IMG/VR virus record: IMGVR_UViG_3300044957_000763
Location: 310,001 to 374,000 of that record
Strand: one strand, 5' to 3'
DNA length: 64,000 nucleotides
Both the position numbers and the translations under genes were made by a program. This document shows, one piece after another, positions 1 through 9,133 of the stretch. The notes beneath the pieces were generated by a model that saw nothing but the letters and a program-made list of their open reading frames with translations, ran no database searches and was not told the DNA's origin. Positions within the stretch are counted from its first letter, which is position 1. Every line of letters starts with the position of its first letter.

Positions 1-48
1 ACAAAAACCAGCCTGCTAGATGCTATACTAGAAACAGAAGTATGTTGA
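1..48 (+). CDS. 3' end of upstream paralogue of the 26-aa repeat proteins (partial)
   Basis: Frame 1 reads TKTSLLDAILETEVC*, nearly identical to the C-terminus of 42..485; overlaps next ATG. Confidence 0.8.
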   Translation, partial: TKTSLLDAILETEVC

Positions 49-485
49 CAATTACAAAAGACACTACACCAGAAGAAGCATACGCACACGCACTTAACGT
101 AATCCAAGACCGCTGGCCGGAGGCCGAACCAATCATCCAACAAAACAGGGAGTATGCATACTACTACGCAAACGGCGTCATCAAAGGACGTTGGCCGGAA
201 GCCGAACCAACTATCATGCAGAATTCAAAATACGCATTGTGTTACGCAACAGACGTAATCCAAGACCGTTGGCCGGAGGCCGAAGCAACCATCCAACAGG
301 ATGCATATTATGCGCGGCACTACACTGAACATTTCTTCCCAGGAATAAAAGTTGTTACAAAACAACAAATTAACAATAATTGGTTATGGGAGAAAAATGG
401 CGCAATAGGATTTTTTGCACCAAAAGAACTCTTCAAACCAACAACCAGCATTCTAGATACTATACTAGAAACAGAAGTATGTTGA
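42..485 (+). CDS. 26-aa repeat (RWPEAEP.IQQ..YAY.YA.DVI) solenoid-like protein, 3 repeats
   Basis: Repeat visible in translation; shares N- and C-terminal caps with 479..1714. Confidence 0.85.
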   Translation: MLTITKDTTPEEAYAHALNVIQDRWPEAEPIIQQNREYAYYYANGVIKGRWPEAEPTIMQNSKYALCYATDVIQDRWPEAEATIQQDAYYARHYTEHFFPGIKVVTKQQINNNWLWEKNGAIGFFAPKELFKPTTSILDTILETEVC

Positions 486-1714
486 CAATTACAGAAAACA
501 CCACACCAAAAGAAGCATACTGCTACGCACGAGACGTCATCAAAGGACGCTGGCCAGAGGCCGAATACATCATCCAGCAGGATGTACAACACGCATACTT
601 CTACGCACTTAACGTCATCAAAGGACGCTTTCTGGAAGCCGAACCAACTATCCAGCAGAATGCACAATACGCATACGAATACGCACGAGACGTAATCAAA
701 GGCCGCTGGGAAGAAGCTGAACCAGCCATCCAGCAGTGTAACGAGTGTGCATGCGCCTACGCACACGATGTAATCCAAGCCCGCTTCTTAGCGGCCGAAC
801 CAACTATTCAACAGTCTGCATATTACGCATACGAATACGCAAAAGACGTAATCAAAGACCGCTGGCCAGAAGCAGAACCAGCCATTCTGAAAAGTGCAAA
901 ATATGCATACTTATACGCATATGAAATCCTTGAAAACCGCTGGCCGGAGGCCGAATCAATCATCCAGCAGGATGCTGAATATGCATGTTGTTACGCACGC
1001 AACCTAATCGAAGACCGATGGTTAGAAGCCGAACCAACCATCCAGCAGGATGCAAAAGAAGCATACTTATACGCATTTAACATCATCAAAAACCGTTGGC
1101 CGGAGGCCGAATCAACCATCCAGCAGGATGCAAAATACGCATGCTTATACGCAGAATACCTAATCCAAGACCGTTGGCCGGAGGCCGAACCTATCATCCA
1201 GCAGAATGCAAAATGCGCATACAAATATGCACTGAACGTAATCCAAGACCGATGGCCGGAGGCCGAACCAATCATCCAACAAAACAGGGAGTATGCATAC
1301 TACTACGCAAACGACGTCATCAAAGGACGTTGGCCGGAGGCCGAACACATCATTCAGCAGAATTCAAAATACGCATACTACTATGCACGAGACGTAATAC
1401 AAGACCGATGGCTGGAGGCCGAACCGACCATCCGAAAGAATGCATTTTACGCATACTGCTACGCACGAGACGTAATCAAAGACCGCTTCCTAGCAGCCGA
1501 ACTAACTATCCAGCAGAGCGCCGAATACACGCAACAATACACTGACTGCTTCTTCTCAGGAACAAAAGTTGTTACAAAACAACAAATTAACGATGATTGG
1601 CTATGGGAGAAAAAGGGCGCAATAGGATTTTTTGCACCAGAAGAAATGTTCAAAACAAAAACCAGCATTCTAGATGCTATACTCCAAGAAAGTCCGCAAT
1701 GGGCCAACATATAA
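479..1714 (+). CDS. 26-aa repeat solenoid-like protein, ~13 repeats
   Basis: Start moved from 380 to ATG 479 (MLTITENTTP matches MLTITKDTTP of the paralogue; ATGTTGA overlap). Confidence 0.88.
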   Translation: MLTITENTTPKEAYCYARDVIKGRWPEAEYIIQQDVQHAYFYALNVIKGRFLEAEPTIQQNAQYAYEYARDVIKGRWEEAEPAIQQCNECACAYAHDVIQARFLAAEPTIQQSAYYAYEYAKDVIKDRWPEAEPAILKSAKYAYLYAYEILENRWPEAESIIQQDAEYACCYARNLIEDRWLEAEPTIQQDAKEAYLYAFNIIKNRWPEAESTIQQDAKYACLYAEYLIQDRWPEAEPIIQQNAKCAYKYALNVIQDRWPEAEPIIQQNREYAYYYANDVIKGRWPEAEHIIQQNSKYAYYYARDVIQDRWLEAEPTIRKNAFYAYCYARDVIKDRFLAAELTIQQSAEYTQQYTDCFFSGTKVVTKQQINDDWLWEKKGAIGFFAPEEMFKTKTSILDAILQESPQWANI

Positions 1715-1763
1715 CCCTACCAAATACCAAACAACATACTCGATACAATAAACAGGTGAAGAA

Positions 1764-2009
1764 ATGAGCGGAAATGCACTGCCAGAAGACTACGAAGAAC
1801 TATGGAGACAAGAAGAACTCAAATCAAAGAACAAGAAGGAAATCAAATGCGTGTGCGTCTGTGGAAGAGAAAGAATACTGGAAGTGGATAAAGACAACGA
1901 AGACCTGACACAAATCACAAATTACCCGTGCAAGTGCGGACTGTTTATGTGCGTGGTGGGAACAAAACCAGGACTCCATACACCAATAGACTTAATGTGG
2001 GAAAACTGA
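1764..2009 (+). CDS. small Cys-rich (zinc-ribbon-like) protein
   Basis: CVCVCG and CKCG motifs; AGGTG SD-like upstream. Confidence 0.65.
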   Translation: MSGNALPEDYEELWRQEELKSKNKKEIKCVCVCGRERILEVDKDNEDLTQITNYPCKCGLFMCVVGTKPGLHTPIDLMWEN

Positions 2010-2025
2010 AATAATGAGGTTTTGT

Positions 2026-2481
2026 TTACGATGCACCAATTGATACAGGTGCATCGTATTTTACACCACCTACACGCACCTTGAAACCCCTGGCACAAGA
2101 GCGTAACCAGCCCATGTCCATGCCGTAAAGACAATGCATGAGACTCATGTAAACACGGACGAAAGCAGGACCGTGAGAAGTAGAACGAGGCCAAAGAGTG
2201 TGGACAATATGGTGAGCCGCCTCATGTACTACAATGTCCACACGCATCATGTGAGGAGGCAAACTGATGTAACCACCATCGGGATAGTAGTACGCACACC
2301 GCTGGTTGTGAACCGTCTTGAAAACAATACGACATGGCTCGACACCATACAAAGCACAACACCGTTTTACTATGTCAATACAAGACTTGGCACTGCGACT
2401 ACGACCCAGTTTGTAACGGTCTGGAAGAATAAACAAATTACACCACAAATACACTCTGGAACGCTGAAAATCCTTTGGCAT
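2026..2481 (-). CDS. HEXXH zinc metalloprotease-like (SprT/Rv0185-like) protein
   Basis: VVHEAAHH...SHGPAF zincin motif; TGTGGTATAAT 8 nt upstream of ATG on the - strand. Confidence 0.75.
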   Translation of the reverse strand: MPKDFQRSRVYLWCNLFILPDRYKLGRSRSAKSCIDIVKRCCALYGVEPCRIVFKTVHNQRCAYYYPDGGYISLPPHMMRVDIVVHEAAHHIVHTLWPRSTSHGPAFVRVYMSLMHCLYGMDMGWLRSCARGFKVRVGGVKYDAPVSIGAS

Positions 2482-2513
2482 AGGAAACCATTATACCACA
2501 AATCACAACACTA

Positions 2514-3250
2514 GAAATATCACAAAATTATTACACTAGGTTCAAATATCAGAAAAATCCCCGGTGATGGACGCTGTTTTGCCTATATTGATATGCCTGG
2601 GACAAAGCCGGGAAGATACGAACAACCACGAACAACCACTTTAGGTTCAAAATGTGGCTGAAAATATCACAAAATTATTACACCAGGTTCAAATTTCTGG
2701 ATTTTCTCCGTGGTTTTGGTCCGTTTGGGACAAATCACGCAAACCACATAAAAAACCCGTAAACAAAGTATCGCAGGGTACTGTTTACATTTTCAATAAT
2801 GTGCCTCGCTCAAGTCTGGCGCGAGTTTTCCACATGATGGGGTAAAATCCTGGTTCAAATGAAAAAAGAAGGTCAGTACCTTTAGAAATCTGGTGGCTCA
2901 TTTGATGGAAATTTTTTCATGTGTCGAAAAAATACCGTAAACTAAGGGAATATCTTTTTTGAACCTAAATACCTTGTAAACAAAACCTATATGGTGTAAA
3001 AGTGGAGTAAAAGTGGTGGACCGTCCCACAAACGTCCCATGTTTGTCCCATGTGGTCCCATTTATCGGCACATGTGTCCTGTGTCCTTAGGTTCAGCATA
3101 TGGTGTCTCGCGAGACATGGTTCTGTTGAACCTAAAGTGGCGCACCTATGAGCAGCCAGCAGTCGCCGGCGCGCAGTGGTGATTTAGGTTCGTTCTAAAG
3201 TGGCATACCAATGGGTAGACCAGTGAACGTAGATTTAAGATTTAGGCATG
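2514..3250. repeat. non-coding, repeat-rich, origin-like region
   Basis: 33-bp direct repeat (2515-2547/2662-2694); TAGGTTCA copies in both orientations; 10-11 nt period GTGG and GTCCCA runs; strand-skew switch. Confidence 0.6.
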
Positions 3251-3258
3251 GTAGCTTG

Positions 3259-3567
3259 CTAGTACATGCGCATTGACACGGCCCTTTTCAGAAGGTCTTC
3301 TTTGCTTTGTGGGATGGTAAAAGACGAGGGTGTAAACGGCCCGGTGGAGAATGGTTTTGTGAATATCTTATTACCACCGTTACTGATTTTTGCGTTGGAA
3401 TTTATTGTACTAAAACTGGTCCCTGTCTGCAAGTATTGGTAGTTAAATTGCATCTGGTCAATAAACTCCGTGTTCACCTTGGCTTTCCCAGTATCCATCA
3501 TAAAATCCTTCTTCATATCCCTTTTGGTAAAGTCTCTGGTCGTTGATTTGTCTTGCTTTGTATGCAT
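3259..3567 (-). CDS. hypothetical protein
   Basis: 102-aa ORF filling the gap, divergent from 3733. Confidence 0.5.
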   Translation of the reverse strand: MHTKQDKSTTRDFTKRDMKKDFMMDTGKAKVNTEFIDQMQFNYQYLQTGTSFSTINSNAKISNGGNKIFTKPFSTGPFTPSSFTIPQSKEDLLKRAVSMRMY

Positions 3568-3732
3568 AAATCAATAAGGATATGCTCACAAGGAGCAATA
3601 TAAACGATTGTTTTTCTTTCAGCCAGCGTAGCATACGTGATTATAGCACTTTTCCTAAAAGCCATAATGGCTTTTAGGTTCATAATCAGTTTGTACCTGC
3701 ATGTTTTTGTTTTTTAGTGCGATAATCTAAGT

Positions 3733-4452
3733 ATGATGTTAGAACATCGAGAACATTACGCGCCGGGGTATTTGGTCGGCAAGCGTATAGGCGTATATGA
3801 TTTGGACGGTTGCATTGTGGACAGCAGCAATCGTTTGAAGAAGTACGTTGACACCGAGGCTTTGGCCGCCGGTGATTTAACAAAGTACACTCATAGTTTT
3901 TATCGCTATGGTCAAACGTCCGAAGGTGATGTACCTATCACTCGTGGGATTATGTTGGTCAAGGCTTTGGCTGAGATTTATGATGTGGACGTTTTGGTTG
4001 CTCTTACTTCTCGAGGTGAGGTAGGTCGTGGTGCAACCGAGCAATGGCTGTCCGCACATTTGCCATGGGCTGTTGGTGGTGAGTTATTAATCATGCACCG
4101 CGAGCGCCACTTTGGTCGTGGTGAAGAAAGTCTGAGGCGTATGTTGAGTGAGAAGCAGTGGGGTTATACTCCATCTTTGTCGGGTCGTAAAATCGAAGAG
4201 GCTCGTTGGGAAGATGACATTTGGTTTTTGGATGTTTCGCCTGGTGAGTTGTTCAGTCCTGAAAAATACAAGTATTGCGCTATGGAGAGGTTGCGTGCGT
4301 TTTCTGACGTGGTTTTTGCGATAGACGACCATCCTGGTATTATCCAGATGTATGATGAGATGGGTGGTTTCGATTCCTTCCGTTGTGTTTGGGACACTGT
4401 TGATTGTTTGACTCCTGCAGGCGACCCACGCACTTTAGAAACCAAGGTATAA
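3733..4452 (+). CDS. HAD-superfamily phosphatase (phage PNK 3'-phosphatase-like)
   Basis: YDLDGCI motif I, LTSR motif II, AIDDHP motif IV. Confidence 0.75.
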   Translation: MMLEHREHYAPGYLVGKRIGVYDLDGCIVDSSNRLKKYVDTEALAAGDLTKYTHSFYRYGQTSEGDVPITRGIMLVKALAEIYDVDVLVALTSRGEVGRGATEQWLSAHLPWAVGGELLIMHRERHFGRGEESLRRMLSEKQWGYTPSLSGRKIEEARWEDDIWFLDVSPGELFSPEKYKYCAMERLRAFSDVVFAIDDHPGIIQMYDEMGGFDSFRCVWDTVDCLTPAGDPRTLETKV

Positions 4453-4459
4453 TCAAGAT

Positions 4460-4759
4460 ATGTATGATAAGGTCTTGATTCAAGAATTCGAAGGCGGCAC
4501 GACTTACATTACGGAGGCTGATGATTTAGAAACAGCGAAGCGTTATATGCAGTATGCTATGATGGGTCAGCCTGGTTCTATTTGTTTGACTAATTCTGAC
4601 AAGAGTCTTTCCATGGTTGTTTATTGCGGCCCGGATTTCGAGAATCAAGAGATAAGCGAAGATTTGACCAAGGCGATGGTCAATGCTCTTGGATTATCCA
4701 TGGACGATTTGCGTGCTTGGATTTCGAGCAATAAAACTGAAGGAGGTGTATCATGTTAA
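4460..4759 (+). CDS. hypothetical protein
   Basis: ORF; TATAAT 6 nt before ATG. Confidence 0.7.
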   Translation: MYDKVLIQEFEGGTTYITEADDLETAKRYMQYAMMGQPGSICLTNSDKSLSMVVYCGPDFENQEISEDLTKAMVNALGLSMDDLRAWISSNKTEGGVSC

Positions 4760-4903
4760 CGACATTGTTCTTAATGGCGGTAGCTGGTGGAGTCGGTTAT
4801 GTTGCCGGTTCACTTAAAAAGAAGTAATCATTTCTTTTTGAGTTTATATTTTCATCCCCATTTTGCGCGAGGCTTTGGGGATTTTTTTGTGTAGAAGTGT
4901 AGT

Positions 4904-5167
4904 ATGGATACTGTTGACGCTTTTTCTGATGTGCTTTTGTCTATTGTTCTTCCTGGTGACAGGGCTGATGATATAATTGATGCTTGGTGTGCAAACGAGG
5001 GTTATGTTGAGACTATTTCTCAGAATGGTCAGATGATTCCGAATCCTGTTGACAAGACTACATTCACGATTGAATGTTTGCGCACATTGTTGACTCGTTG
5101 TTATGTACGTTCAGTTGCTGAAGCTGCTCGTATTGCTGCTGAAGTAGATGCGTCTGAGGGTTTGTAA
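4904..5167 (+). CDS. hypothetical protein, paralogue of 5169..5408
   Basis: Shared DA(W/F)CA.EGY...NP..K..FT pattern. Confidence 0.75.
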   Translation: MDTVDAFSDVLLSIVLPGDRADDIIDAWCANEGYVETISQNGQMIPNPVDKTTFTIECLRTLLTRCYVRSVAEAARIAAEVDASEGL

Positions 5168-5168
5168 T

Positions 5169-5408
5169 ATGGCTAATATTACGTTTGTTATTCCAGACAA
5201 CATGGTGGATGCAGTTGTCGATGCTTTTTGTGCGCAGGAGGGTTATCAAGATATGGTTTGGGAAAACGATGTCTTGGTTTCAAATCCTGAAACCAAGATT
5301 CAGTTTACTCGTCGCACTTTGAAAGGTATCATGAAGACGGCTTATGTCAACCAGCAATCGTTAGCTGCTAAATTGGCGACTGAGGCGGTTGCAAACGGAG
5401 AACTATAA
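5169..5408 (+). CDS. hypothetical protein, paralogue of 4904..5167
   Basis: Start moved to ATG 5169; same pattern. Confidence 0.75.
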   Translation: MANITFVIPDNMVDAVVDAFCAQEGYQDMVWENDVLVSNPETKIQFTRRTLKGIMKTAYVNQQSLAAKLATEAVANGEL

Positions 5409-5544
5409 GGAGAATTGCAATGTCGAAATTTTGGTATATTTTAGGTGTATTTGTGGCAGCGAGTATAGTTGCAGCCAGCTTGCGGCCGAGAGTGGTTAGA
5501 AATCGCGCTGTTCGAGAATTTCGAAAGTATTACGGTCTTCCGAA

Positions 5545-6192
5545 GTGAATTTCAACCATGTTGGGCCTGATGGCAAGCCATGGGCTAATATTCGCAGTGA
5601 GCTGGCTGGCAGTTTTTCGAACGGTCCAGGCAATCGTTATGTTGTTTGGTTCCAGGGTTGTGGTCATGGCTGTGTAGGTTGCTATAATCCTGGTTCCTGG
5701 GCCGGGAAAATAATCGAGCTCGTAGAGCCAGCTACGCTGGCTGCTCGAATTTTAGATTCAGGTTGCACTGGTGTAACATTCACAGGTGGTGAACCGATGA
5801 GCCAGCCTGCGGCTTTTTTCGAGATACTGATTTGTTTACAGTCACGGGCCGGTGTTTTAGACAGTAGGTTGTCCGATGGCATTTTGCTTTTTACTGGTCA
5901 CACAATGCGCGAAGTGGCCGAGGATTATCATTGCACCGAGGCTTTATCATTAGTTGATGTAGCCATTATGGGTCGTTACGAGCGTGACAAAAGAAGTGTC
6001 GAGGGTTTGCGTGGTTCTACGAATCAGGTAATATGGTGGAACCCTTTACCGGGTCGCGGACGTTCAATTATCGAAGAAAAGTCAATTACCACCGGTCAAA
6101 ATTTCGAAATGCACGCATATAACAATGGTGTGGTGCTCACTGGCTTTCCAGACCTCGAGGGTCTTAAAATTCGAGGGTTAAAGCGCAGCTAG
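5545..6192 (+). CDS. nrdG: anaerobic ribonucleotide reductase activating radical SAM protein-like
   Basis: NGPG.R.VVWFQGCGHGCVGCYNP (CxxxCxxC), GVTFTGGEP, LRGSTNQ. Confidence 0.8.
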   Translation: MNFNHVGPDGKPWANIRSELAGSFSNGPGNRYVVWFQGCGHGCVGCYNPGSWAGKIIELVEPATLAARILDSGCTGVTFTGGEPMSQPAAFFEILICLQSRAGVLDSRLSDGILLFTGHTMREVAEDYHCTEALSLVDVAIMGRYERDKRSVEGLRGSTNQVIWWNPLPGRGRSIIEEKSITTGQNFEMHAYNNGVVLTGFPDLEGLKIRGLKRS

Positions 6193-6231
6193 TTACATCA
6201 CATTCAATCACACTGGTATAGTAGTTAAAGG

Positions 6232-7089
6232 ATGAGTGGTATACTCATTATAGAGGTATTAATATCTGTGCCCAAACCAAAGCAATATACTGTCAGTAGT
6301 AATCTCGAGTTGCTACATGCGATTTTTAATGCTCGAGTTGTTTCTCCGTACTGTGATTTGTCCGATATTGAGCTTTGCACCATGGTTCATAGGTCTGAGC
6401 ATCGAAATGCGGCGCGAAGTGAGTTGTTGCGGCGGCATGCGCCACTTATAGCTTCGCACGTTGTTCGTTGTTTCAATCGAGGTGTTGGTGGTTCTGAGTT
6501 AGGTGACTATGAGAGTTTAGCTGTAACGATTGCGTTACAGGCATACGACGAATATGACCCCAATCGCGCAGCTTCGCCAAGTTCTTACATGTTTGGTTTG
6601 GTTTTACGGAGGTTGTTAGACGCCCAGCGTCGCACTTCGCTCGAGTCGGATTGTCGTTGGCCGATTCGCAAGTTTCAATTTCGAGCTTGGTTGAATGGCG
6701 ATTACGACCACAATCCAGAATTTCGAAAGAAATTCGAGATAGAGCACGGTGTCACTGAGGCCGACCGGGCCGAGATGATTGTGATGTATAGTCATTTGCT
6801 TCATGGTCATGGTGTATATGTCGCTCCGAGTTCTTTGGATGCCAGCCCTGCTAGTGGTTCATTGTTAAATGATTCCGGGGCCGCCAGTGAGGAAGTGATT
6901 ATCAACCGAGTTCTGATAGAGAAAGCGTTTTCGAGTTTGAATGATGATGTAGACCGCCAGGTACTACATCTTTTTGCTGTTGAAGACCGGTCGATGGTTG
7001 AAATTTCGAAGGAGTTAAAGTTGCCATTGCCAGAGGTGAGAAAAAGAATCAAACGCTCTCAGGCGCATTGTGTAGCAGTTTTGTCATAA
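6232..7089 (+). CDS. sigma70-family RNA polymerase sigma factor (divergent, group 3-like)
   Basis: Region 2-like ARSELLRRHAPLI...AYDEYDPNRAASPSSY; SLD; region 4 HTH DRQVLHLFAVEDRSMVEISKELKL. Confidence 0.75.
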   Translation: MSGILIIEVLISVPKPKQYTVSSNLELLHAIFNARVVSPYCDLSDIELCTMVHRSEHRNAARSELLRRHAPLIASHVVRCFNRGVGGSELGDYESLAVTIALQAYDEYDPNRAASPSSYMFGLVLRRLLDAQRRTSLESDCRWPIRKFQFRAWLNGDYDHNPEFRKKFEIEHGVTEADRAEMIVMYSHLLHGHGVYVAPSSLDASPASGSLLNDSGAASEEVIINRVLIEKAFSSLNDDVDRQVLHLFAVEDRSMVEISKELKLPLPEVRKRIKRSQAHCVAVLS

Positions 7090-7107
7090 GTGTGGTAGAA
7101 TAGAAAA

Positions 7108-7590
7108 ATGAGTGGTGCAGGAAAAGATTTGACGGTGGTTGGTGTCATCGAGATTGATGGCAAGACTCATCGAGTTGCGCTGCCATTGCCGTTGCTAGTG
7201 CAGGACGGATTCTTATATCTGGGAACTTTAGCTGCGCGATATTTCGAAGAGGCCGAAAAATCGAAAGCCAGCGCAGCAGCACTTCGTACATTGGGTGAAA
7301 ACATTTTGTCCGGGGCCGCTGGAAATATTTCGAAGACTGGTTGCGGGCTTGCGGACTTACGTTTAGCTGTATTGCCATTGGTGGTTTACGGTTCGGCTTT
7401 TGATTCATGGAAGCGTGCTTTGTTCAAAGTGTCTACACGTGCGTCTCGAGAAGACCGTTTGAGTTTTAGAATTTCGAGCACCGGTTTTGAAGTGTGTCCT
7501 GCGCTTTTTTGGCTTGGTGAGTACACGAGTGCTTGTGATTTCAGTATCAGTCGCAAGCTGGTTGCACCCAAAACGCTATTGGCTGTATAA
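7108..7590 (+). CDS. hypothetical protein
   Basis: ORF; TGGTAGAAT 6 nt before ATG. Confidence 0.65.
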   Translation: MSGAGKDLTVVGVIEIDGKTHRVALPLPLLVQDGFLYLGTLAARYFEEAEKSKASAAALRTLGENILSGAAGNISKTGCGLADLRLAVLPLVVYGSAFDSWKRALFKVSTRASREDRLSFRISSTGFEVCPALFWLGEYTSACDFSISRKLVAPKTLLAV

Positions 7591-7597
7591 GCGCAGT

Positions 7598-7987
7598 GTG
7601 AGAATCTTCAAGCGTGAGGCCCCGGCCTTCTGGGTCGACATTTATTTTTTCGGCAGCAAGGCGGCCGATGCTTTCAATCCGGACCAAGTCCCTGGTGTTT
7701 TACGTTGGAGCCGAATTGGCACCACTCAAATTCAGGTTCTTACGACCAATCATCGTTTACTTGAGGCCGCGGCCAAGGAACACGAGCGTGCGCAGCTCGA
7801 GCTCGTCCGGCAGCAGCGCCTCGAGCAATTGGCCGCGATGGCGGAGGCTGATGCCGAGGCCAAGTCTGGGCCCAAAAAATCGGCCGGCGGCTTTGAAGAA
7901 GTTGTTCCTCGAGCAGCCAGCGTCGCTGCTCCGGCGGCCCAGTCTGGGCCAAAAAAGAAACCATGTCGCGGCTGCGGCAAGAAATAG
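7598..7987 (+). CDS. hypothetical protein with C-terminal CRGCGKK
   Basis: GTG start chosen 6 nt after TATAAG, avoiding overlap with the upstream gene. Confidence 0.55.
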   Translation: MRIFKREAPAFWVDIYFFGSKAADAFNPDQVPGVLRWSRIGTTQIQVLTTNHRLLEAAAKEHERAQLELVRQQRLEQLAAMAEADAEAKSGPKKSAGGFEEVVPRAASVAAPAAQSGPKKKPCRGCGKK

Positions 7988-8022
7988 ATATTACTACAGC
8001 AAAAATGTGGTAATATGCGAGT

Positions 8023-8376
8023 ATGAAGTTCAAAGACACTATTACTAACTTCTTATTTGGCAATCGTTTTATCAACGGAATTCTCGGTAAACCTGCGGTG
8101 ATGGACTGGTCATGTACTGTCAGCAGCACCCAACGTATGGGTGATTATTCTCTTCTTGTGACTGATGTCATGAACAAGTCATATGTCTTGGATATTGGCG
8201 GGCTGGCTGGCATGCAGATTCCCAAGAACAGTTGGCGTCAGGTTTTCGATGAGATTGGTGAGGGCAGTGAATTGCGGTTTCGCGTGCTTACTTCAAACTT
8301 TATCGAGTCCCAGACGAATGCTATTCCGATTCTTCGTTTGAGCTCATATACGAAGAAGTATCCGAGTTCGTACTAG
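8023..8376 (+). CDS. hypothetical protein
   Basis: ORF; TGGTAATAT 6 nt before ATG. Confidence 0.7.
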   Translation: MKFKDTITNFLFGNRFINGILGKPAVMDWSCTVSSTQRMGDYSLLVTDVMNKSYVLDIGGLAGMQIPKNSWRQVFDEIGEGSELRFRVLTSNFIESQTNAIPILRLSSYTKKYPSSY

Positions 8377-8511
8377 GCCATTTTCACCGGGGGCCTTGAC
8401 ACAGAAAACTCGTTTTAGTGTATAATAGACAAAGCGTCGAGTTCAAAAGCGTGGAAACATGGAAACACTGCTTGGAGATTTGGCGCAAGATAGGAGAAAA
8501 AGAACAAAATC

Positions 8512-8976
8512 ATGAAGAAGTTCCTTATGAGTCTCGTGCTTGCCGTCAGCTTTGTTGCTGGCGCGTTTGCTCAGAGCAATCAACTGCCGGTTGACGCCGG
8601 CGTTCTTAAGCCTGGTCGTGGCCAGGTTGGTGCCCAGAGCACTTCTTTCACTATGACCGAGAAGGGTTTGAACTTTCTCTGGCTCAACGACGGTTATGAG
8701 TCGCTCGGTGCGATTTCGTACACTGTCGCGCCTATCAAGGGCACTAACGGTCGCCTTCGCCTTCAGGCGTTGGGTGCCGGAAACCCCGGCAACCTCGAAG
8801 ACAGGGCTTATCTGACTTTGGGTCTTGGTTACAATCTCTTCAATGCCGCTAGTGGTTTCCGTGTCGACTTGTTCGGCGGACCGAAGGGGTTCAACGTTGC
8901 TGATGGATTCAAGTTCCAGAGCGGCAAGGCCTCGTGGGTTTTTGGTGTTGGTGTTTCTATTCCTCTTGGCAACTAA
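8512..8976 (+). CDS. exported protein with signal peptide, outer-membrane beta-barrel-like
   Basis: MKKFLMSLVLAVSFVAGAFA|Q signal peptide; amphipathic Gly/aromatic strands ending WVFGVGVSIPLGN; AGGAG upstream. Confidence 0.7.
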   Translation: MKKFLMSLVLAVSFVAGAFAQSNQLPVDAGVLKPGRGQVGAQSTSFTMTEKGLNFLWLNDGYESLGAISYTVAPIKGTNGRLRLQALGAGNPGNLEDRAYLTLGLGYNLFNAASGFRVDLFGGPKGFNVADGFKFQSGKASWVFGVGVSIPLGN

Positions 8977-8997
8977 CGTCGAGTTAGGATAATTGTC

Positions 8998-9032
8998 ATC
9001 GGGGCACCGTGATGGTGCCCCGATTTGTTTTT
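8998..9032 (+). terminator. intrinsic terminator
   Basis: ATCGGGGCACC/GGTGCCCCGAT stem followed by T-rich tract. Confidence 0.8.
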
Positions 9033-9042
9033 CGAGAAGGCC

Positions 9043-9071
9043 TTGACAGGCATCTTTCGTTGTGGTATAAT
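9043..9071 (+). promoter_or_regulatory. consensus sigma70 promoter upstream of the tRNA
   Basis: TTGACA-17 nt-TATAAT with extended -10 TG. Confidence 0.85.
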
Positions 9072-9133
9072 AACACTGTAGATAACACAACAGGGAAAAC
9101 GACCTGAAGGAATATAAAGATATTCCGAGTGTT

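Noticed and set aside
1-1714. Diversity-generating retroelement target
   Set aside because: Variation is not confined to adenines, and there is no reverse transcriptase or template repeat in the window
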